From assembly GCA_032251435.1 (NCBI GenBank), contig JAVVEH010000005.1, positions 63,380 through 127,379 on the forward strand: 64,000 nucleotides of DNA, given 5' to 3'. The notes below the pieces were generated by a model. The model was not told the DNA's origin. It saw nothing but the letters and a program-made list of their open reading frames with translations, and did no database searches. Shown one piece after another: positions 1 through 7,841 of this stretch (positions are counted from its first letter, which is position 1; each line of letters starts with the position of its first letter). The stretch is from Lentisphaeria bacterium. Lineage in GTDB: Bacteria; Verrucomicrobiota; Lentisphaeria; Oligosphaerales; MVZH01. A program made the translations under genes and the position numbers.

Positions 1-566
1 GCTTCATCCACAATGGGCAGCTTTCCGATTTGATTGTCAACCATGATGTTAAACGCGTCATCCATACTGGTGGCGGCGCCGGCGGTGATCAGGTTCTTGG
101 TCATGGCCTGTTCCACAGGCACATCTGTCTCCCGTAAAAATTTAATGTCCCGGGCGGTCAGAATCCCCACCGGACAGCCGTTGTCATCCACGATTGGAAA
201 CCCGGAAAATTGGAAATTCCGCCGCGCTTTCTCGGCCAGCAAGTCGATCACCCGCTGGCGCTTGTTGAACACGACTGGATCTCGTATCAAGCCGTTCAAA
301 TAATGCTTCACCCGGGCGACCTGCTTGCTCTGACTGATGACATCCTGATTTTTGTGAATAACCCCGATGCCTCCCTCGAGCGCGATGGCGATCGCCATCT
401 CGCTTTGGGTGACCGTGTCCATGGCGGCGCTGATAAACGGGATGTTGAGACGGATATGCCGACTGAAGGAGCTGGTCACATTCGCCTCATCGGGCAGAAA
501 ATCAGCGTATTGCGTCACGAGAGAGACATCGTCAAACGTCAGCCCAGTATTGGGGAAACTGGCCAT
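1..566 (-). CDS. guaB: IMP dehydrogenase, N-terminal portion (gene runs off the left edge)
   Basis: Own minus-strand translation from ATG (complement of 564-566): MASFPNTGLTFDDVSLVTQYADFLPDEANVTSSFSRHIRLNIPFISAAMDTVTQSEMAIAIALEGGIGVIHKN, followed by a CBS pair (FSGFPIVDDNGCPVGILTARDIKF). Absent from the ORF track because no stop lies in the window. The + strand ORFs 34-303, 210-692 and 367-648 are its shadows. Confidence 0.9.
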   Translation of the reverse strand, partial: MASFPNTGLTFDDVSLVTQYADFLPDEANVTSSFSRHIRLNIPFISAAMDTVTQSEMAIAIALEGGIGVIHKNQDVISQSKQVARVKHYLNGLIRDPVVFNKRQRVIDLLAEKARRNFQFSGFPIVDDNGCPVGILTARDIKFLRETDVPVEQAMTKNLITAGAATSMDDAFNIMVDNQIGKLPIVDE

Positions 567-620
567 AAACTGGTCGAGGTGGGAATTTTTCACAGTGGCT
601 GTCCCTTTTCAATCCATCAC

Positions 621-646
621 TCAAATAAAACGGAGACGGCCTCCGT
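621..646 (-). terminator. Intrinsic terminator-like hairpin between jag and guaB
   Basis: On the minus strand: ACGGAG-gccgt-CTCCGT (630-635 / 641-646) followed directly by TTTTATTT (629-622), about 90 nt downstream of the jag stop. It could instead be a leader hairpin of guaB. Confidence 0.4.
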
Positions 647-734
647 AAAGCCGGCGGCGGTCCCGCTGAAAAACATGCTGACACCGCGATAAATAAACGC
701 GGGAAAAGACGGTGTCAAAGCCGAAAATAGTCCT

Positions 735-1298
735 TTATTCGGCCGTGGCCAAAGAAATGGTGATTTTCTTTTTATTCCCGGCCATCACGTCCCCGCTTTG
801 GGTCTGGATGGTCGTGTCGCTTGCCAGCGCCGCGTGAATCACGCGGCGCTCACTGGCGGTGAAGGGTCCAATAGTTTTGGGATCACCCCATCGTTTGACT
901 TCTTTGGCGGCGTCCAAGGCCAGTTTTTCCAATCGGTCATTGTCAGGCTGACGGGAGACAACGTCATTTTCGTCCGCTTTCGTTTCTCTGTCCGGCCGGG
1001 ATTTTCCCTCCTCACCTTCTTTTTTACCGCCCCTGGGGTTCGCGCCCCCTTCAACATCTATGACGACCCGCACCGGTTGTTCATACTTCCCGGAAACAAT
1101 CCGATTAACAAGATAATCAAAATTATTCAACACGCGCCCCCCGCGGCCGATCAGCCGCCCGGGCTCATCCGTTTTAACACTCAAAACCACGCGCTTGCCG
1201 TCAAGAGACCCCGAAACGGTCGTTTGAATGCCTAAGGCGGCGGTCATTTTTTCCAAACATTCGGCGGCTACAACCGCTGTGTCAACAGACTGGTTCAT
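735..1298 (-). CDS. jag: Jag/KhpB RNA-binding protein (KH + R3H domains)
   Basis: 187 aa. KH-like GxxG segment (PGRLIGRGGRVLNNFDYLVNRIV) and a C-terminal R3H-like segment (ASERRVIHAALASDTTIQTQSGD). Conserved position immediately downstream of yidC. Confidence 0.85.
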   Translation of the reverse strand: MNQSVDTAVVAAECLEKMTAALGIQTTVSGSLDGKRVVLSVKTDEPGRLIGRGGRVLNNFDYLVNRIVSGKYEQPVRVVIDVEGGANPRGGKKEGEEGKSRPDRETKADENDVVSRQPDNDRLEKLALDAAKEVKRWGDPKTIGPFTASERRVIHAALASDTTIQTQSGDVMAGNKKKITISLATAE

Positions 1299-1329
1299 CT
1301 TCGTTTCTCCACATGAATTTATACAAAAG

Positions 1330-3183
1330 CTAGGCCTTCAAGGGTTGCTCACCCCGGGCTTCTTTTCGGGCTTCAATACGCTTGGTGACCAGATTTTGCC
1401 CGATCGTCAATACTTGGTTGGTCGTCCAATATAATGTCAGCCCTGAGGGCATGCTATAGAATATGATCATGAAAAACAGGCTCATGAACATCATCATTTT
1501 CTTCTGCGACGGATCACCGGCTGTCGGAGTCAAACGCTGCTGCAGGAGCATGGTCGCGCTCATGAGAATGGCCAGCGGCCGGACCGGCAGGCTCTCACCA
1601 AAGGGCAACAGGGTGTCCGGCTGAGATAAATCCGAAATGTAGAAAAAGGCGGCGTGACGAAGCTCAACCGCTCCCCGAAGCGTGTTAAACAACGCGAAAA
1701 AAACCGGGATTTGAAGCAACATCGGCAGGCATCCACCGGCGGGGTTGACTTTATTTTCTTTGTAAAATTCCATGGTCTTGCGATTCAACATCTGGGGATC
1801 ATTTTTATATTTTTCCCGCATCGCTTTGATTTCCGGCTGCAATTGCGCCATCCGCCGCATGGACACCGTGCTTTTATGGGTCAGCGGCCAGAATAATGTT
1901 TTGATGACCACTGTCACGACAATGATGGCGAATCCGAATCCCCACGTCCCGCCGAAAAATCCGTTCAAAGCGATCAGTGAGCGCAAAATTGTTTTGGCGA
2001 TGAGTTTCATCCACCCCGCCCGGAAAAACATGAAGTAATCCAGACGCATGATGTCTTCGGTGTTGGGCGCCAGACTGCTTAAGGCCTTTAGCGTTTTGGG
2101 GCCGGCGTATCCGGAAAAAACAAATGTCATCTCCGCGCCGTCGGCTGGCAGACGGATGGTTCCCAAGGCGGCGGTGGCGTGAATCCAGTCACGGGGTGGT
2201 CCCTCGATGCTGTTGTCCTCGGCCATTTGATCGACACCAATGGCGACATCCGCGAAGGCGGCCACAGACGGCTCCTGAGCCTCGGTTGGCACGTGAGGAA
2301 TCAACATGTAAGCGAAATATTTATTGTGCACGGCCGTCCAGGCGGCTGGAGCGGAAATGGAGACAGGACCGCCGTCAGGACGCGACTTGCGCACCTTTTT
2401 CACGGTGAACGAGGCGGGACGTCCCCGCAAGTCCGGAGCCACATCAACAGCCAAGTCAATATCGCCGACCCGGGACATTTTGGGCCCGGCGGCCACCCCG
2501 TCGCCGGTCAGCCCGCCGAGACGAATCAGCGGCGCCACCGCGACCGCTTCGCCACCCGTGCTGGAGATAGCCAGTGAGTACGTGAAGCGATACGGATCAT
2601 CGCGGTCAAGCCGCCAGGTTTCAACAAGTTTCACCCCGTCGGCGCCGCGCCGCTCCAAGGTCACACCCTCCCCGTCATCATGTTCATCAACCTGGGCGGC
2701 GCCGGCCGGCGTGAACCCGGGAATACGGGTTGAACAAAACGGAAACCGCCAGGAGCCCAGTTCCACCGGCTCGCCGCTCCCCTTCTCCCCATAGGGTTCG
2801 AAAGCGTGAAGCCGCACGGCCGTAATCCCTCCGTTCACCGGATCAATGAAAAACGTCACGTCCTTGGCTTCGCCGTCTTTACCGGTAATGGAAGTGACTG
2901 TTTCCGGTTTCACGACAGGTGGCGGGGGTGGCGCGTTGTCCGCGCCTGAGATTTTCGGGGTATCCGTCATGGGTTGGCTGGGAACCGGGGCGGTCGAGTC
3001 GGCAAGCGGCGGCTCTTGGGGGAATTCAGCGACGGGTGGCTCCGCATCCGCGGATGGCGCGCCCTCCTCCATGACTGGCGCGGGTCTGCTCATCCAACCC
3101 AGATGATTCATCAGGGCATACCATCCAATCATCAGCGCCATGCCGCCGGCAAGAATAAGAATGGTCTCTTTGTTAAATTTCAT
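1330..3183 (-). CDS. yidC: Membrane protein insertase YidC
   Basis: C-terminal 60-kDa insertase core (IVVTVVIKTLFWPLTHKSTVSMRRMAQLQPEIKAMREKY, NPAGGCLPMLLQIPVFFALF) and a large periplasmic N-domain. Synteny is rpmH-rnpA-yidD-yidC-jag. Start placed at the internal Met (MKFNKETILIL) before TM1, which overlaps yidD by 11 nt. The ORF-track start at 3273 would overlap yidD by about 100 nt. Confidence 0.9.
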   Translation of the reverse strand: MKFNKETILILAGGMALMIGWYALMNHLGWMSRPAPVMEEGAPSADAEPPVAEFPQEPPLADSTAPVPSQPMTDTPKISGADNAPPPPPVVKPETVTSITGKDGEAKDVTFFIDPVNGGITAVRLHAFEPYGEKGSGEPVELGSWRFPFCSTRIPGFTPAGAAQVDEHDDGEGVTLERRGADGVKLVETWRLDRDDPYRFTYSLAISSTGGEAVAVAPLIRLGGLTGDGVAAGPKMSRVGDIDLAVDVAPDLRGRPASFTVKKVRKSRPDGGPVSISAPAAWTAVHNKYFAYMLIPHVPTEAQEPSVAAFADVAIGVDQMAEDNSIEGPPRDWIHATAALGTIRLPADGAEMTFVFSGYAGPKTLKALSSLAPNTEDIMRLDYFMFFRAGWMKLIAKTILRSLIALNGFFGGTWGFGFAIIVVTVVIKTLFWPLTHKSTVSMRRMAQLQPEIKAMREKYKNDPQMLNRKTMEFYKENKVNPAGGCLPMLLQIPVFFALFNTLRGAVELRHAAFFYISDLSQPDTLLPFGESLPVRPLAILMSATMLLQQRLTPTAGDPSQKKMMMFMSLFFMIIFYSMPSGLTLYWTTNQVLTIGQNLVTKRIEARKEARGEQPLKA

Positions 3184-3451
3184 CAGTTTTTTCAGAACTT
3201 TCCGTTGCGTCCCCGGAGCCGGGAACAGGGTCATATAAACAACCTTTGTAGAAAGGATGGCAGCGCATGACACGCCTGAAACTTAACCAGCCTCCCTTAA
3301 AGAAACCATGCCTTATCAGCGCTTCACGGGCGTATCCGGAACATGTCGGGGTGAACCGGCAACAGCTCGGTTTAAGAGGAGAAATAAACCGTCTGTAAAC
3401 CCAAAGAAAAAACAAAAAAAGACGATTGATTAAACTTAATCGCCTTTTCAC
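3173..3451 (-). CDS. yidD: Membrane protein insertion efficiency factor YidD
   Basis: 92 aa with the family signature YRRFISPLKPSCCRFTPTCSGYAREALIRHG..RCHPF. Sits between rnpA and yidC and overlaps rnpA by 4 nt. Confidence 0.9.
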   Translation of the reverse strand: MKRRLSLINRLFLFFLWVYRRFISPLKPSCCRFTPTCSGYAREALIRHGFFKGGWLSFRRVMRCHPFYKGCLYDPVPGSGDATESSEKTDEI

Positions 3452-3855
3452 ACGTCGGTCCCTGAAGGCTGTTCCCTAAAGGCTCCGAGGGTCCGCAGCA
3501 ACCGGTCAATTTCCGGCGCCACATCCTGAAGCTTCACATCCCGTAGCATAAACGCCCGGGGACGAAACTCAATCCAGCAATCGTTTAACCGCGGAGCCAA
3601 TAGCCGGAACCGCTCACGGAACAAACGCCGGGCCCGGTTCCTGTCAACCGCTCTTTTGCTGTAGTGCCGGGAGATGACAAAAGCCACACGCCGACACCCG
3701 TCCGGTGCCGGATTAACCACCCGGATCACACAAAAACGCCCCACCGCTGAGCGCCCGTGCCGACGAATATACTGAAAATCGGCGTGCCGCCGCAACCGTG
3801 TCTTCGACGAAAAGACCCGTTCGCGGCCGACAACCGATTTTTCCGGGTTCACCAC
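3448..3855 (-). CDS. rnpA: Ribonuclease P protein component
   Basis: 135 aa, basic, with an RNR-like motif (KRAVDRNRARRLFRERFR). Lies directly downstream of rpmH. Confidence 0.85.
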   Translation of the reverse strand: MVNPEKSVVGRERVFSSKTRLRRHADFQYIRRHGRSAVGRFCVIRVVNPAPDGCRRVAFVISRHYSKRAVDRNRARRLFRERFRLLAPRLNDCWIEFRPRAFMLRDVKLQDVAPEIDRLLRTLGAFREQPSGTDV

Positions 3856-3896
3856 GATTCAACCCCGCGATCCGGCTTGTGAGAAAGCCGGAATCA

Positions 3897-4031
3897 TCAT
3901 GCGGTCAAACGCTTGCGTCCGCGTTGACGGCGGCGCTTGATGATCGCCCGGCCATTGTGAGTGCGCATGCGGGCGCGAAAACCCAATTTACGTTTGCGGG
4001 ATCTGTTCGAAGGCTGAAATGTGCGTTTCAT
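3897..4031 (-). CDS. rpmH: 50S ribosomal protein L34
   Basis: Too short for the ORF track. Own translation of the minus strand gives [44 protein letters not shown], a textbook L34 sequence (44 aa). Confidence 0.95.
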   Translation of the reverse strand: MKRTFQPSNRSRKRKLGFRARMRTHNGRAIIKRRRQRGRKRLTA

Positions 4032-4117
4032 GTGTTTTTTCCTGACTAGTGTCTATTTGGAACGTCTTTACTTAAGAAAAACAGAAAAGAAATTGTCACC
4101 TGAAAATAAGGGTGTGT

Positions 4118-4145
4118 AATATAATCTCCCCTTACCTCACGTCAA
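4118..4145 (-). promoter_or_regulatory. Sigma70-like promoter candidate for rpmH operon
   Basis: Minus strand: TTGACG (4145-4140), a 16-nt spacer, then TATATT (4123-4118), about 85 nt upstream of the rpmH ATG. Sequence pattern only. Confidence 0.35.
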
Positions 4146-4211
4146 CCGATCAAAAAAAGGAATCTCAAACTTAGCGGGAACATGCTTGCCCCGCGGGAAG
4201 CGGCGCGGGGA

Positions 4212-4589
4212 TCAATCATCCAGTCCGTCAGCGATAAAACGCTCGTACTGCTCCTCAGTCATCAACACGTCAAAATCATTCTCATCAATATCTGAAAGTT
4301 TACAAATCCAACCATCTTGTTCAGGCGACGCGTTAATTCGCTCCGCCTCCACCTCCAACCGGTCATTCACCTCAGTGACGACCCCGCCCACGGGCGTGGA
4401 CACATCCGTCGCCGCCTTGGCGCTTTCCACGACGCACAGGTTATCGCCCTGGGACAAGGTCGTTCCCACCGTCGGCAAATCAATAAACGTCACTTTCCCA
4501 AGCTCATCAACCAAATACGCGCTTAAACCGACCACACCGACACCGTTTTCAACGTCAATCCATTGATGCTCTTCACTAAATAATTTCAT
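4212..4589 (-). CDS. gcvH: Glycine cleavage system H protein (lipoyl carrier)
   Basis: 125 aa. Lipoyl-lysine motif VVESAKAATDVSTPVGG and the typical N-terminus (EEHQWIDVENGVGVVGLS). No gcvT or gcvP lies nearby. Confidence 0.9.
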   Translation of the reverse strand: MKLFSEEHQWIDVENGVGVVGLSAYLVDELGKVTFIDLPTVGTTLSQGDNLCVVESAKAATDVSTPVGGVVTEVNDRLEVEAERINASPEQDGWICKLSDIDENDFDVLMTEEQYERFIADGLDD

Positions 4590-4934
4590 TCCATAACTCC
4601 CGCCATTCTCCGCGGCCGCGCGGACCGGCGTTTCAAACCAGGTTAACCGTCATATGCCTGAATTGGGTAAACATATCTGAACTATCGATTTATCAAGTCC
4701 ATTCGCCAAAAAAATTAATCCGGCCATGCGCTGACAGCGCCGGAAACCGCCCCGTGGTCCAGTCGTCCACATGTTTTTCAGGGTTTATATCATTTCGCGG
4801 TTGCGCCCTGAACAAGCAGGAAGTATCTTAACGCCAATGGTTATGTGAGGCGTGTCATCTGGTAGTGGCATCGACCATTCCCCACCGCCTCCCGGCGCAC
4901 GTAAAGAAAAAACATATTTCAGGAGATTGGTTTC

Positions 4935-5816
4935 ATGTGGACAACACTCATTATGCTGGCGGCGGGAGCCGGTGCGATTGCCGGCCTGATAAAAATGAAA
5001 CAAGGTGAGGATTGGGGCAAAGGTGTCGTCATCGCCTGCGCCATTCTGGCGATTCTACTCGCCGCCTATAACACCAATAAGCGTATGAATGGGGGGAAAA
5101 TCAGTCAAAAAGACATCGCCCGTCGACAGGCGAACAACGCCGCCTACCAAGAGGTGAGCGGAGAGAAACTCGGCCTTGAACTGGCCCGCAAATTTCCCGG
5201 TGCCAAAGCCGTCGTTATTCGACCGACTGAGATCACGGACATTGATCCGGCCATCCCCGCGCTCGGCTATGGGGAGGAAGCCGCGCGGCGGCTGGCGGGA
5301 CTGAAAAGGGGCTTTAGCGACGTGATTGAGATCTTGACCGTGGTCCATCCGCCTGTCACGGACGACATGCGCGCCAATATGGAGTATGTGAAACAAAATT
5401 ACAAGGATCAAACCGGCGGGGAGGATGTGCCGCCGGAGGATTACCTGATGAGCCTGGGGAATTATGGCGTGCTTGATGTCGATGAGTTCAACGCGGCCAC
5501 CAGCGCAATTCCCTCAGACGCCACCATGGTGGTTGTCTTGAGCGACTTCCCCTATGAATTGGAAAAATTAGACCTGTGGAAAAAGAAATTAACCGTCGCG
5601 GGAATCATAACGGCCATTCCTCCGAAAATGCCCGCCGCCATCGAGGCCGGTTATATTTCCGCTTTAGTTATCACGAGTCCAAAGGCGGACTACCTGTCAC
5701 TGGACCTGCCGGAAAATATGGAAGAGCGGTTCAACCGCCGGTTTCTGTTTATCACCCCCGAAAATCTGAAGGCGGTCGCCGAGGCGAATGAGAAGCTGTT
5801 CCCGAAAGCGAAATGA
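4935..5816 (+). CDS. Hypothetical membrane-anchored protein (2 N-terminal TM helices)
   Basis: 293 aa with AGGAG 8 nt upstream of the ATG. Two TM helices (LIMLAAGAGAIAGLI, VVIACAILAILLAAY) precede a soluble domain I do not recognise. Lies 35 nt upstream of the SPFH gene, so it is probably co-transcribed. Confidence 0.6.
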   Translation: MWTTLIMLAAGAGAIAGLIKMKQGEDWGKGVVIACAILAILLAAYNTNKRMNGGKISQKDIARRQANNAAYQEVSGEKLGLELARKFPGAKAVVIRPTEITDIDPAIPALGYGEEAARRLAGLKRGFSDVIEILTVVHPPVTDDMRANMEYVKQNYKDQTGGEDVPPEDYLMSLGNYGVLDVDEFNAATSAIPSDATMVVVLSDFPYELEKLDLWKKKLTVAGIITAIPPKMPAAIEAGYISALVITSPKADYLSLDLPENMEERFNRRFLFITPENLKAVAEANEKLFPKAK

Positions 5817-5850
5817 CATAAACGCGATGCACTGATCAAGGAAAGAAATC

Positions 5851-6969
5851 ATGGGTCTTTTTGGTAAAATACGCTCCCAGTTTATTGACGTTATTGAATG
5901 GACGGACAACACCCGGGACACATTGGTTTGGAAGTTCCCGCGCGGAGACAACGAAATCAAGAACGGCGCTCAATTGATTGTCCGGGAAAGTCAAGCCGCG
6001 GTCTTTATGCACGAGGGGCAAATGGGCGACGTGTTTCTCCCCGGCCGCCACGAATTGTCCACTCGCAACATCCCTGTCCTGACCACATTGGCGAGCTGGA
6101 AATACGCCTTTAACGCCCCATTTAAATGTGACATTTTCTTTGTCTCAACCCGCCAGTTCACCGATCTGAAATGGGGGACACAGAATCCGATCATGCTTCG
6201 TGACGCCGAATTCGGCCCGCTCCGCTTAAGAGCTTTCGGAAGTTATTGTTTCCAAGTGAGCGACGCGGATAAATTCGTCAAACAACTGGCGGGGACAGAC
6301 AGCCTGTTTCAAACCCACGAGATCATCAACCAGTTCCGCAACATGCTGGTCAGCCGATTCGCCGACACCTTGGGAGAATGTAAGATCCCGGCGCTGGATT
6401 TGGCGGCGAACTACAATGAACTGGGAGGAAAATTACAAGGCGCGCTCCAGGCCGAGTTTGATGAGTACGGGATTAAATTGACGAAATATCTGGTGGAAAA
6501 CATCTCGCTGCCGCCCGAAGTTGAAGCCGCTCTTGACAAACGGTCTCAGATGGGCGTTCTCGGAAACCTCAACGCCTACACGCAAATGCAAACGGCCGAC
6601 GCGATTCGGGACATGTCCAACAACCCGGGCGCGGGGGCCAATATGATGGGCATGGTCGCGGGCATGGGAATGGGACAGGTCATGGGAGGAACCATGCAGG
6701 GGAACGCCCAGCAAGCCCAGCAAGGCGGCGGCGCCCCCCCCCCGATGCCGCAAGCGGCGCAATGGTTCGCCGCCATTGGCGGCCAGCAGACCGGTCCGTT
6801 TGACGATGCCGGCCTGCGGGGCAAAATCTCCTCGGGGGACATCACCAAGGACACCCTGGTGTGGAAGCAGGGCATGGCGAATTGGTCCGCGGCGGGTTCC
6901 GTGGCGGACCTCGCCGCTTTGTTCACCGCCGCCCCGCCTCCCATGCCCCCCCCCATGCCGGAAAATTAA
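5851..6969 (+). CDS. YdjI/COG4260-type SPFH-domain protein with C-terminal GYF_2-like domain
   Basis: The N-terminus FIDVIEWTDNTRDTLVWKFPRGDNEIKNGAQLIVRESQAAVFMHEGQ matches the YdjI ('virion core protein-like') SPFH family. A Gly/Met/Gln/Pro-rich linker follows, then WF..GGQQTGPFDDAGLRGKISSGDITKDTLVWKQGMANWSAAGSV, which is GYF_2/DUF4339-like. Confidence 0.75.
   Translation: MGLFGKIRSQFIDVIEWTDNTRDTLVWKFPRGDNEIKNGAQLIVRESQAAVFMHEGQMGDVFLPGRHELSTRNIPVLTTLASWKYAFNAPFKCDIFFVSTRQFTDLKWGTQNPIMLRDAEFGPLRLRAFGSYCFQVSDADKFVKQLAGTDSLFQTHEIINQFRNMLVSRFADTLGECKIPALDLAANYNELGGKLQGALQAEFDEYGIKLTKYLVENISLPPEVEAALDKRSQMGVLGNLNAYTQMQTADAIRDMSNNPGAGANMMGMVAGMGMGQVMGGTMQGNAQQAQQGGGAPPPMPQAAQWFAAIGGQQTGPFDDAGLRGKISSGDITKDTLVWKQGMANWSAAGSVADLAALFTAAPPPMPPPMPEN
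6734..6743 (+). repeat. C10 homopolymer tract inside the SPFH/GYF CDS (a second C9 tract lies at 6946-6954)
   Basis: Counted directly. gcc ccc ccc ccg (APPP) gives 10 consecutive C, and ccc ccc ccc at 6946-6954 gives 9 C. These are the longest homopolymers I saw inside a CDS in this window. Confidence 0.95.
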
Positions 6970-7001
6970 CGCCCGTCAAGGGTCCGCGGAATGTATTCAT
7001 C

Positions 7002-7038
7002 CCTGAGCGCTTTCACTCTGAAGGCGCTCAGGCTTTTT
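7002..7038 (+). terminator. Rho-independent terminator after the SPFH gene
   Basis: Perfect 9-bp stem CCTGAGCGC (7002-7010) / GCGCTCAGG (7024-7032) with a 13-nt loop, followed by cTTTTT. Lies 33 nt after the stop codon. Confidence 0.8.
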
Positions 7039-7279
7039 AGGCGTGTCACACCGCGTAAACCGTGATATGTCCGCCCGCTTGACCCATCACCGGCCAAGGC
7101 GTTTAACCGACATGAATTTTATCGATAAAAAAAACAGTATTTCGTGTTTTAGGTCCATTGAAACAGAGGCTTGTGAGATTAAATTATGAGCGCTGGGAGT
7201 TCTCCAGGCCGGGGCCGTGAGAATGTCGCGGCGTTAACCATCGGCACATTAATCCAACCAGGTATACGCGGAGGTTGCT

Positions 7280-7816
7280 ATGCCCACAAAAACATGCTGT
7301 CCGGAGGGCCCGATCGGGTCGGATAATCTCGTTTGGGATGAACCGGAAAAACGAGCGGAACTGGAAACGTATATCGACGGTTTGGCGTTGACGGACGACC
7401 CGGAAAAAAACCGCGGATTTCTTATCCAATGCCTCCACCGGGCGCAATCCATCTTCACCTATCTGCCTGAAAGTGTGCAACTTTTTGTCGCCGACAAGTT
7501 AAAGCTACACCTCTCCGAAGTGTACGGTGTGATCAGCTTCTATTCTTATTTCACGGATCAACCCGTCGGCAAATATCGGATAAATGTCTGCACAGGCACC
7601 GCCTGTTTTGTTAAAGGCGCGGGTAAAATTCTCGAAGAATTTCAGCGTCATCTGGGAATTGATGAAGGACAGACATCCGATGACTTGCGCTTCTCGCTCG
7701 GCGGTCTCCGCTGCGTCGGGGCGTGCAGCCTGGCTCCGGTCGTGATGGTCAATGACAAAGTTTACGGCAACGTGACCACTAAAATGGTGCTCGATATTAT
7801 TGACGCGTGCGAATAA
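7280..7816 (+). CDS. hydC: [FeFe]-hydrogenase complex subunit HydC (NuoE-like, thioredoxin-like [2Fe-2S])
   Basis: 178 aa with GGAGG 6 nt upstream. NuoE pattern: NVCTGTACFVKGA ... LRCVGACSLAPVVMVND. First gene of the hydC-hydB-hydA series. Confidence 0.85.
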   Translation: MPTKTCCPEGPIGSDNLVWDEPEKRAELETYIDGLALTDDPEKNRGFLIQCLHRAQSIFTYLPESVQLFVADKLKLHLSEVYGVISFYSYFTDQPVGKYRINVCTGTACFVKGAGKILEEFQRHLGIDEGQTSDDLRFSLGGLRCVGACSLAPVVMVNDKVYGNVTTKMVLDIIDACE

Positions 7817-7841
7817 AGATACCCATTGATATCATACAAAA

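Noticed and set aside
34-692. Three + strand ORFs at the left edge (89, 160 and 93 aa)
   Set aside because: The minus strand here encodes a textbook IMP dehydrogenase N-terminus that the ORF track missed because it runs off the window.
4212-4589. Stand-alone gcvH as a sign of an unusual pathway
   Set aside because: Orphan gcvH genes are common (lipoyl-relay role, split gcv loci). Nothing in the sequence itself is unusual.
4590-4934. Possible glycine riboswitch or attenuator in the gcvH leader, and an orphan minus-strand terminator-like element (hairpin 4720-4743, A-run 4708-4714)
   Set aside because: I could not find the conserved glycine-aptamer cores (GGAGAG..ACCGAAGGGGCAA / CUCAGGCAAAAGGAC). 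The hairpin is only 4+3 bp with an asymmetric bulge and sits 5 nt from the T-run, which is too weak to call.
4032-4934. oriC/DnaA boxes next to the rpmH-rnpA-yidD-yidC-jag cluster
   Set aside because: dnaA is not adjacent (gcvH is). I saw only partial TTATCCACA-like matches (for example TCCACA near 4766), with no cluster of boxes and no AT-rich unwinding element.
7150-7200. Rex-type operator upstream of the hydrogenase operon
   Set aside because: Only a half-site (TTGTGA) is present, and the partner TCACAA at the required spacing is missing.
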